DNA from: Antechinus flavipes
Taxonomy: Eukaryota
Length of the DNA stretch: 64,000 nt
Assembly (NCBI RefSeq): GCF_016432865.1
Contig: NC_067403.1
Coordinates: 109,988,001 to 110,052,000, forward strand
Direction: 5' to 3'
Numbering within the stretch: the stretch's first letter is position 1; the number at the start of each line of letters is the position of its first letter. The position numbers and the translations under genes were made by a program. This document shows positions 37,200 through 46,980 of this stretch, one piece after another. The notes under the pieces are model-generated. The model had not been told where the DNA came from. It made no database searches and saw nothing but the letters and a program-made list of their open reading frames with translations.

Positions 37200-37400
37200 C
37201 AAATGACATCATTCAAACCAATTCCTGGCTCTCCATTGGCTGAGATGTAAAAGACCCTAATTCGGGATTGGTTTCCCATGATTTCTGGTTTGCCCCCTCC
37301 ACCTGGGATCCTTAAAAAAAGAAAAGGCTGCTTCACTTCTAACTGGAGCAGATTCTAGCTCTGGTGCAAGGGAGGCTACTCTGTAGAGCTCCCAATCTTC
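37200..37400 (+). promoter_or_regulatory. Candidate proximal promoter of the perilipin retrogene (CRE-like site plus CCAAT boxes)
   Basis: TGACATCA 37204-37211; CCAAT 37218-37222; ATTGG 37235-37239 and 37267-37271 (32 bp apart); further CCAAT at ~37392-37396; repeat-free sequence; motif evidence only. Confidence 0.45.
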
Positions 37401-37437
37401 CTATTTCTCTTGGGGACTAGCGGGTGACTTTTACCCA

Positions 37438-38586
37438 ATGTCTTCCACTGAACCTAAATCTGATTCTAGTGCTCATGCAGCCGAGCCAGCAAGCCAGGGT
37501 GTACTGGCATCTGTGGGTAATGTTGTGCTTGTCAGTCCTACCAGTAACAAAGATTGGGCTACCTCTGCTTCACTGAAGAAAGAAAATCTTCAACTCCAGC
37601 CAACAGATGAAGCTCCCGAGGAGAACCTGCCAGTTTTTCTGCAAGCCTCGCCTTCCCAGGTTACAGCTATTCCAAGTTTGGCCTCCAGGGCCAAAAATGT
37701 TGTAGCCAGTATACGGATTCGGGATTTGTCTGTGGCTTTTCAGAGTGGGCTGGATATTACTAAATCAAAGTTTGCCATAGACACTAAAACAGCATCAGAT
37801 TTGGCCAAATTTGATCAGAGGATGTTGGATAGTACAGATGAGTCGCAGCAATCTGAAGAAGGGGATGCCCATTACCTGCCTATGACAGATGATGAGCTGG
37901 CTGAGATTGCTGAGATTCAGTCATCAGGGGAATGGAAAATACCATCCCTCCAACAGCAAAGAAAAACACAACGTTACTTTGTGCGTCTGGGATCCCTGCC
38001 TCTCAACCTCCACCAGCAGGCCATTGAGTACTCCGTTGTAAAACTAGAGCAAATCAAGCAGAATGTCTTTGAGACTCACCTGCAGCTTTCTCAGATCATC
38101 AGCTTAATTAATAATGTTAAACAGACTGGTACTCCATGGTGTGAGAGTCAAGAGAAACTTGACCAAATATGGGTTCACTGGAATCGATTATTTCCTACAA
38201 ATAATAAGCAAGATGCTGCAAAGATTGAGTCCCGTACTCTCCTCCTATTTATGAAGCTCTTCTACAAGCTTTTGAACATCATCTTACTGCTCTTGTCTAG
38301 CACACGAGGCCTTTACGATGACATTTGGAGAAAGATAAGGCAGAGTCTTTATTGTATAAGAGAGTATGAGGCTACCCTTGCCAACCTGAATTCCTTTCAG
38401 GATCTTTCTTGCAAGTTCATAAACCTAATCCAGGAGGAGAGCAGCAAGATCCTAGCATTCCTAGACCAAATACAAGACAATCTGGCTGAGGACAAACCTT
38501 TCACTTGGATCATGGGACCCTTTGTCCCATCCAACCAAGGTTCCCAAAAGGCTGAGAAAACTTTTGAGAAGGTTTCAGAAGACTAG
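37438..38586 (+). CDS. PLIN3: Intronless, highly diverged perilipin-3 (TIP47)-derived retrogene, 382 aa; a paralogous retrocopy, not the parental gene
   Basis: Only long ORF in the window. PLIN3-type motifs in order: EENLP, YLPMTDDELAEIA, QQQRKTQRYFVRLGSL, LQLSQIISL..VKQ, QEKLDQIWVHWN, ESRTL, SFQDLS, TWIMGPF. These match PLIN3 (QQQRQEQSYFVRLGSL, LQLSQVLSL, QEKLHQMWLSWN, SFQDLS, TWLVGPF) better than PLIN2. No introns, whereas perilipin genes are multi-exon. Confidence 0.88.
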   Translation: MSSTEPKSDSSAHAAEPASQGVLASVGNVVLVSPTSNKDWATSASLKKENLQLQPTDEAPEENLPVFLQASPSQVTAIPSLASRAKNVVASIRIRDLSVAFQSGLDITKSKFAIDTKTASDLAKFDQRMLDSTDESQQSEEGDAHYLPMTDDELAEIAEIQSSGEWKIPSLQQQRKTQRYFVRLGSLPLNLHQQAIEYSVVKLEQIKQNVFETHLQLSQIISLINNVKQTGTPWCESQEKLDQIWVHWNRLFPTNNKQDAAKIESRTLLLFMKLFYKLLNIILLLLSSTRGLYDDIWRKIRQSLYCIREYEATLANLNSFQDLSCKFINLIQEESSKILAFLDQIQDNLAEDKPFTWIMGPFVPSNQGSQKAEKTFEKVSED

Positions 38587-38609
38587 AAATGTCCTGGTTC
38601 AAAGGATCA

Positions 38610-38930
38610 AAGGTTAGCATATAATATTTTTACATATATTCTCATTTATTCCTCACAGCATCCCAAAGAGCTAAATCCTATTATTATCCCCTCTCCAGAA
38701 CCACAAGAGGAAACTAAAACTGAAAAGTTGCACAGGGTCATACAGGTAAACACCTGAAGGTAGTTTTGGGGATCCTCACAACATTCCAGTGAGGTTAATA
38801 GTATTACTGTCTTTTACAGATGAGACTGGGAGATGAAATTATTTAAGAGGTCATATCTAGTGAATGTCTAAGGCAAAATGTAAACTTTAAGGAGATTCCT
38901 GACTCCAAATCTAAAATTTGATGCTTCTTG
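38610..38930 (-). mobile_element. MIR fragments just downstream of the perilipin ORF
   Basis: atttattcctcacagcatccc...gaggaaactaaaactg...ttgcacagggtcatacag. Confidence 0.65.
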
Positions 38931-40469
38931 GCTATGTGATTTTACTAACACTTTCCTCCAAATTACCATTTCATGAAGGACACTTACTGGAAAGTGAATG
39001 TTTTCATCTTTAAAGACTACTTCTAGGCTAATTTGTTTTTACTTTCTCTCCTAGATTTCGGGAAGCCAAGTGTCCAGAATTCCTTATGGGTTGGTCTTTT
39101 TCCAGTTGCCCTGAGACCCAGAAGAACAAGCAATTAAGTAACTAAGCTGCCTCTAGTGAACTGGGGTATTAAGGGACAAACAACCAAGACCATCTCTCTA
39201 GCATGTCCCATAGCAATCATGTTCTGTTTCATTGGGCCTGTTAAGATGTAATCCATATCCAGGATGTTAGTAATAAGTAAGACATCCAATATCCTTGAAT
39301 TGTTTTTTTGTTTGTTTCTCCTCAGTGGAACAAGATAACTTTTGTTTTCTGTCAAATTTTAACTGCAGCTTAAAAATTATTAAAAAAAAAAAAAAACAAT
39401 GAAATATTTTTATCTGTTTTCCATTAAAATTGGACTTTTAAGCTGGGGGAAGGGACAGGAAGGAAACTCCTTCCAACCACTACCACTTACTGGTCATCAC
39501 TGAAAGTAGGAGAAAAAAAAAATTGTCCTGAAGGTGAATAGGAAAAACTCCCTCTTTCCAGAACCTTTGCATTATCCCCAGATGAATCGGGTTAGATTTT
39601 AGGTCACTACTTGGATTCAAATTAGAAGCACCTGAAATAAGATGAAATGATCAAAAATATAGTTTGACTGGGTCTATGCCCTGTCTTTAGGAAAATAAAG
39701 TAGTTCTGGTTATTTACTTTCCAAAAGCACAAAGGGAAGAAAGCTATTACTAAACAGGACTATTCTTTATTAATTAAAAAAAAAAAAAAAAAAAAACCTC
39801 AAGATTGGTGGGACTGCTGAATCCCAAAGCCTTTTTTTTTTTTTTCTTAATTGAGAAATTAGGCCCAATTCCTTTGAAACGCCTACTTCTTTTGATAACA
39901 GTGAGAGTCAGTTCTTGAGGAACTGATTCCTTTGTTCACAATGTGAAAATCATATGGCCAGCTTTATATGTTAGCTCTCATGCTAACACATCCTGAGTTA
40001 ATGCTCTCAGTATCACTAGGCTGAGAAGGTCAATGATTGGCTGCATCAGCTAGAAAGAACAAAGACAAAAAGCAACAATACACATGTCAGCTGTAAGTTG
40101 GAGGTTCCTGATGGTGAGGGAAGGAAAGGAGAGGGACTGGATATAGGTGAACTATTGGTGATCCTTCTAATTGTTTTAATTCTTATTATGAATTTGATCA
40201 TTACTTTAAAGCTTTCCTCTCTATCCACCCCACAGCTATGATAACCCCCAATTTCTCTAACTATGTTTAGAAAAGATTTTTCATATTTCCAGGTCCTTAA
40301 ACATCTAGCTAGTGTGCTTTGGGTAGTGGGAACTAAAGGCCAATATCAGAGATTCCTAATAGAATCCACCTGTGAAACTGGCTATCAAAAGTGGTAACAA
40401 GTAGAGAGTTGCATCAGAGAATATACCTGGAAATAATGATGTTTTCTTTCTAGATAGTACTTTATTATC

Positions 40470-40760
40470 GGGTAGTTAAGATGATATGGTAGACAAAGCT
40501 CTGGACCTGTAATCGGGAAGACCAGAATTCAAATGTGATCTCAAATACTAGCTGTGTAATCTTGGGTAAATTATTTAATTTTGGTCTGCCTCAATTTCTT
40601 CAATTATAAAATGGGGCTTATAATAATGGCACCTTCCTTCCAGGATTGTTTTGAGGATCAATTTGATAATATTTATAAATTGCTTACATGGTACCTAGCA
40701 CATACGTAGTAGGCACTATGTAATACTAATTAGTATTATTATCATCATTATTTTCAGGCA
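40470..40760 (+). mobile_element. MIR, near full length
   Basis: gaagaccagaattcaaatgtgatctc...ctgcctcaatttctcaattataaaatgggg...ttgttttgaggatcaa. Confidence 0.8.
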
Positions 40761-41889
40761 CTTAACCTTACAGCAGTGAGGAAGACTATATAATAAATCA
40801 AGGATCCCTGAATTCTTCAGATTCCTATGAATTCATGGTATTCTTTATCTTCAAGACAGATTGAACTTCCTGGTTTTAGTACCTGGTTTTCATGAGTTGC
40901 TTGTGGGCAAAATATTTATCATTTGTGGGCCAATGATGAGTCTCTCCTAACTTAAAGAGAATGACAAACACAATTTGTTACAAGATGCTTGAATTCTTCC
41001 TAGGATCTTCCAGACCTTGTCCTCCACTGGTCTTTAGAAACCAGGGGTCACCTGCACCATACATACAGTAAGGCACTGAAATAGATCTTGATTGTAAAAA
41101 CTGTTAACACATTAAGGACATGGAAATTCACTAGTGTAGAAACTCCCTCCACTGACAGATCGCAACTCATCTCTAACTTAGTCCTTGAGGATTGCCTGAG
41201 ACTCAGAGGTAAAGTAATTTATCCAAAAATAGCTAGAAAACATTGAAAGAAAGATTCAAATGGATCATCCAGGCTCCAAATCCAGAATTCTATCCATTAA
41301 ACCATATGCCCACTCATCACACAAAATATTAAAAATGAGATTAGATTATATCCATTTTCAGTACTAGCATTTTATTAGTAAATGACAGTATTGCATAGTC
41401 CTCAAAGTCATACTTAGATCACATCTACTGATGGCTTGTAGAGCTTAATTGTTGATAATAGTAGCATGTATATACTGACTTAAGGTTTTAAAGACCTTTG
41501 CCTATTTTATCTCATTTGATCAATAATCCTCTGAGCTAGATGCTATTATCCCCATTTTACAGTTGAGGAAAGAGAGTCAGATAGTAGATAAGAGACTTGC
41601 TTTTCTCTCCATTAACTGCTTGTATTTGTTATAATTCTTAATCTCTCAAAAGAGAGAATGTTCTCACTAAGAGTCCATTACATCAAAGAAATAATAGATC
41701 TAAAATATTCTCCCTATCCACTCAATTCCCAGCCCTTCATCCCCGCCTTCACCCTAATGAAACACACACATACACATCCCTTTGTTATGAAAGAAGATTG
41801 GGGAATCAATTATTCAACATGAGCAAAGCTGAGTTGCCATAGATACCATAGTTGGATTATTATTTTTTTTAATTTAAACATAATAGAAT

Positions 41890-43380
41890 ATTTGGCACTC
41901 AAACCAGCCTAAGTCAAGTTTACCCTTTCTTCCACATTGAAAGGGAACTTCAGGTTCTTACTGGTACCTGTCTGAACTCTACCTGGCCTCCTTTGCTGGA
42001 TTGTTATTCATATCCCACCTCCAACTGTGAATGTTTCCAAAGGTTCGATCCTAACCTTTCTTTTCTTTTCCCCTCAGCAGGTGATCTTGCTAGCTCTGGA
42101 AGGACTAATTCATCTGTAAGCAAATGATTCCCATAGCTACATATAAAGCTCTAATCCTTGATCAGCAACTTTTTGTAGCTTATATCAAACTAGATTTTCT
42201 AGAGTCATGTAAAAGCATCATGCTCCCAACTGAACTTATTGTATTCGCTTTAAAAAACCAACCCTCTTTTGAACTTCCCTATTCTGTCAAGTGCACAACT
42301 ATCCTTCTATAAATCTGGATTCTCAACCTTTGAGACATCCTTCTCACACTACTTTATTACACATAAAGTAAGACTTTCCAGTTGATTATTCCTTCATCCA
42401 CCACCATTTTTCTCATCTGTTCCCTTCTTTCTATTTACATGATTGTCTCTCTAGTTCAGGTCTTCATCATCTCTTGCCTGATGCAATTACCTCTTACAAT
42501 AACCTCCTAAGTGGTCTCTCTGCTTCCAGTCTCTCTCATTTCAGCTCATCTTCCACAAAGCTGCCAAAGTGATTTTTCAAAAATACAAATATGTCCATGT
42601 CACTCCCTTGCTTGAAAAATTCCAGAGTCTCCCTATTACCTTTACACTCAAATAAAAAGTCCTCTGGCACTTTAAAGACTGTCACCCCTGGCTCCAATCT
42701 ACTTTCCAATCTTATTATGTTTAAGTCCTGTAAATGTAGTCTATAGTCCAGCCAAAATGGCCTTCTCATAGTCCCTCACACAGGATACTCCATATTGCTG
42801 GCTTTCCCTGCCTTTTCAAAGGCTATTCTTCCTCCCTGGAATATTCTGCCTCAGCACATTTTGGGTATGACTGAATTCCTAAGGAAGTGAAAAACAAGCT
42901 TCATCCAAATCTCAAAACAAACATCACCTTCTACATGAAACCTTTCTCTGATATTCCCAGTCATTACTACCATTACTAAAATCGCCTTGTATATTCTTTG
43001 TGTTATACATATATGCATAAAGATATGCATACACACATATGTATGTATAATGTTTACCTCAATAATGAAAATAACATCATATAGCCCTTAAAAACTTGCA
43101 AAAAAGCTTTACAAATATCTCATTCGGTCTTCACAATCCTGGGAGGTAGGTGCTACTACTATCCCCATTTTACAGTTGAGAAAATTAAGGCATTCAGTGG
43201 GTAAGTGACTCATTTAAAGGTCACAGAACTAATAAGTAGGTAAAGCTGGATTTGAACTCGTTTTCCTGATTCCAGATCTAGCACTCTATCCACTGTGCCA
43301 ATTAGCTTTCTCTAATATTGATCAAAAGTATCTACATTGCCTGGTAGGTCCTTAATAAGTGCTTGCTAATTGACTGAATT
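41890..43380 (+). mobile_element. L2 relic with a MIR inserted at ~43070-43310
   Basis: C/T-rich L2 ORF2/3' sequence; terminal ggtaggtccttaataagtgcttgctaattgactgaa. Confidence 0.8.
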
Positions 43381-43804
43381 TTTAAATATGAACCTCAGTT
43401 TTCATTATATAGTCCAATAAGTTTCTATATACCTAATTTTATTATTTTATAAACTGGGAAGCATTATGATTGTATGAATACAAACAACTGCTTTTGCAAA
43501 AAATTCCACTGTCATAATAATAATTAGAAATTGACTTAAATCTATACTAGTCTCCCTGTGACCTGAATTATGAGTTGCTTTTTAAAATAAATCCCCAATA
43601 TTAGCTTATTTATCATTTTTAACATGCTCATAAATTAGCTGTATAATATAGGGAAAATCTATCTGAGTTTTCCAGGGAATTTGGAATCTAGATAAAGGGT
43701 GTTTGCTGACAAATGAAATTATTATTCTTTAAAGGTATGGAGAGGGGAGGGCATTATTATTTATCTTGTAATCTGTGAATATTTCCTTGTTAAAAAAAAG
43801 ATTC

Positions 43805-43952
43805 NNNNNNNNNNNNNNNNNNNNNNNNNNNNNNNNNNNNNNNNNNNNNNNNNNNNNNNNNNNNNNNNNNNNNNNNNNNNNNNNNNNNNNNNNNNNNNNN
43901 NNNNNNNNNNNNNNNNNNNNNNNNNNNNNNNNNNNNNNNNNNNNNNNNNNNN
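43805..43952. other. Assembly gap (N run)
   Basis: 148 consecutive N. Confidence 1.
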
Positions 43953-43954
43953 AT

Positions 43955-44385
43955 TTTGAATCAAATCCTGCCTCTGATACTAGCCATGTGACCATGGATG
44001 AGCCCTTAAACCCAACCTCAGTTTCCTTATCTATTTGGTTCAACTATTTCCATTGTACTAAACTCTTTGTGACCCTATTTTGGTGTTTTCTTGGCAAAGA
44101 CACTGGTATGATTTCCATTCACTTCTCCAATTCATTTTAAGAAACTGAGGCAAATGGCTAAGTGATTTGCTGAGGGTCACACAGCTTCTAAGAATCTGAG
44201 ACTGCATTTGAACTCATGAAAATAAGCCTTTCTAACTTCAGGCACAGTACTCTATCTGCTGAGCCATGTAGCTATAAATTGGGATTAATAATGCCTATGA
44301 TAGTTCCTTAGGATTGTTGTGAGGTTCGAGTAAAAGATATAAAATGCATCACAATCCTTAAAGTCTTATGTTAATGTCAATCATA
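43955..44385. mobile_element. MIR (+) interrupted by MAR1 (-, ~44035-44273)
   Basis: MIR halves flank ttttcttggcaaagacactgg...cttctccaattcatttt. Confidence 0.7.
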
Positions 44386-44414
44386 GTATTAGTATAAGTA
44401 ATTTCATAAAAATA

Positions 44415-45165
44415 CCGAGCAAACTGGGCTTATATCCCAAAGACATCTTAAAAAAGGAAAGGGACCTGTATGTGCAAGAACGATTGTGGCAACCCTCTTT
44501 GCAGGGGCCAGAAACTGGAAACTGAGTGGATGCCCATCAGTTGGAGAATGACTGGATAAATAGTGGTATATGAATATTATGGAATATTATTGTTCTGTAA
44601 GAAATGACCAGCAGGAGGATTTCAGAAAGGCCTGGAGAGACTTACATGAACTGATGCTGAGTGAACTGAGCAGGACCAGAAGATCATTATATACTTCAAC
44701 AATGATACTATATGATGATCAATTCTGATGGACGTGACCATCTTCAACAATGAGATAAGCCAAATCAGCTCCAATAAAACAGTAATGAATTGCACCAGCT
44801 ACACCCAGGGAAAGAACTCTGGGAGATGATTATGAACCACTACATAGAACTCCCAATCCCTCTATTTTGGTCCACCTGCATTTTTTGTTTCTTTCACAGG
44901 CTAATTTTACACGATTTCAAAGTCTGATTCTTTTTGTGCAGCAAAATAACTGTATGGATATGTATACATATATTGCATTTAACTTATACTTTAACATATT
45001 TAACATGTAATGGTCATCCTGCCATCTGGGGGAGGGGGTGAGGGAAAGGAGGGGAAAAATTTCAACAAAAGGTTTTGCAATTGTCGATGCTGAAAAATTA
45101 CCCATGTATATAACTTGTAAATAAAAAGCTATAATAAAAAGAAAAAATATAAAAAAATAAAAAAT
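44415..45165 (+). mobile_element. 5'-truncated young L1 3' end with polyA
   Basis: ctgggcttatatcccaaag...gaccagcaggaggatttcagaaaggcctggagagacttacatg...aataaaaagaaaaaatataaaaaaataaaaaa. Confidence 0.92.
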
Positions 45166-45351
45166 AGCAATAAGCAAGTATTAATTATCCATAGTTGGAA
45201 TACATTCGACAACCTATCAATCTAGAAGCAGAGAGATAGACGCTTATTGTCTTTTGGAAGTCTTAGATGTTGTATTCAACATCCACCAACCCAAATCACT
45301 ATTTTCACCAAAAGAATTCACATCCTTCAGATGAGATATCAATGATTAGGC

Positions 45352-45405
<54 letters not shown>
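45352..45405. repeat. (CA)n microsatellite
   Basis: Direct reading. Confidence 0.95.
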
Positions 45406-45406
<1 letters not shown>

Positions 45407-46689
45407 AAACACCAAGTGAAAAAGACCTTAGAATCATCTAGTCTGATACTTGGAAATTACAAATATAGAAACTGATGCCCAATAAGGTCAGATGATTTGC
45501 CCAGAATCACCCTTAGTGACTTTAAACAAGTATTTTTGGCCAGCAAGAAACAGAAGTAAATGAACTCTGTGCTGGTTAGCTGTTAACCAGAAAACACAAG
45601 CAGCCCATTATGTGTCTGCTTTGAGGCCAATTCAATACAGGTCTTCACATCTTCCTGTGCCCTGAAATACAAACATATTGAAATACTCCATTGTGTCCTT
45701 TCTAGCCTTTTTTCCCTCAATCATCAAAGAAAAGATTTCCCTACAGAAAGAACTGGCAAATTCTGTGGAAATAAAATCACTCTTTTTTTTGGCCAGTGTA
45801 TATTGCCACTTTTCAGTAAACAAGATTGTTTTTCACTGGGGGAGAAAAGCCCTAAAAAAAAAAAAAAAAATTCTGTGTCAGGGTTGGATTAAGGAAAAAA
45901 AAAAAAAAAAACACCAAACTGGAGCTTTCCAACAGTGAAGGAAACTGAAGGTTGAAGGTCGCTCTCTGGTTGCTGTGACACAGAGACTGTCTTGCAGCCA
46001 AATACTGTACAGTGTTCAAAGTCACAATGAGCGCTTGGAGAGGGAAAGAGGCTGGAGGTGGGAGATGAGGCAGGGGACAAAAGACTTAAAAGGGGACCAA
46101 GTAAATGAAAAAAAAATAAAGGACCACAAAGTAATCAAAACCACTTAGAGTGTAAGGCAGTGATTGTTTTTCTCTTCATTTATCCAGCAATTATGAATCC
46201 ATACAATAATAATAATCCCTTTGCATATTTTAACTTAATAAGCTTGATAAGCTTATTAAAGCTTCCATCTGCGCTATGCTTTTTGGGACATCCTACAGAG
46301 TACCATCATATTTTTTAAAACTCTTATTTTACAACATTGTCAGGAGATAAAATAGAAGGAAAGAAGAAAAGAAGCTTTTTTCAAGCAGCTACTCTTTGCC
46401 ATCCACAGTGCTAAGCACTTTACAAAAGTCATCTAGGTAGGTGGTGATTACCCCCATCAAGATAACACAAGTTAAATGACTTTGCCAGGATAACAACTTG
46501 TCATTTTCAACTCAAATCTTTCTGACTCTAGGCCCAGTACTCCCTAGATAGGCATTATTATTCCCATTTTATAGATCATACTATCAAAGGAATCATAGGA
46601 TCACAGTTTTAGAACTGGAAGAAACCACAGAGACCATCTAGATGGACTCCCTCATTTTACAGATGAGGAAACTGAGATCCAGAGAAAAG

Positions 46690-46980
46690 AGAGTGAAAAA
46701 GAAAGGAAGGAAAAAGAAAGAAANNNNNNNNNNNNNNNNNNNNNNNNNNNNNNNNNNNNNNNNNNNNNNNNNNNNNNNNNNNNNNNNNNNNNNNNNNNNN
46801 NNNNNNNNNNNNNNNNNNNNNNNNNNNNNNNNNNNNNNNNNNNNNNNNNNNNNNNNNNNNNNNNNNNNNNNNNNNNNNNNNNNNNNNNNNNNNNNNNNNN
46901 NNNNNNNNNNNNNNNNNNNNNNNNNNNNNNNNNNNNNNNNNNNNNNNACAGGAAAAGGAAGAAAGGAAAAGGAAGGTAAG
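46690..46980. repeat. Purine-rich (GGAA/GAAA)n tract spanning an assembly gap (N 46724-46947)
   Basis: GAAA/GGAA repeats on both sides of 224 N. Confidence 0.8.

Noticed and set aside
37438-38586. Calling the ORF the parental PLIN3 or PLIN2 gene
   Set aside because: It has no introns, part of the PAT domain is deleted, and there are no PLIN4/PLIN5-like neighbours as in the usual PLIN3 cluster. The motifs fit PLIN3 ancestry rather than PLIN2.
39375-39400. A-tract as the retrocopy poly(A) tail
   Set aside because: It lies ~800 bp from the stop, no matching TSD was found upstream of the ORF, and A tracts are ubiquitous here.
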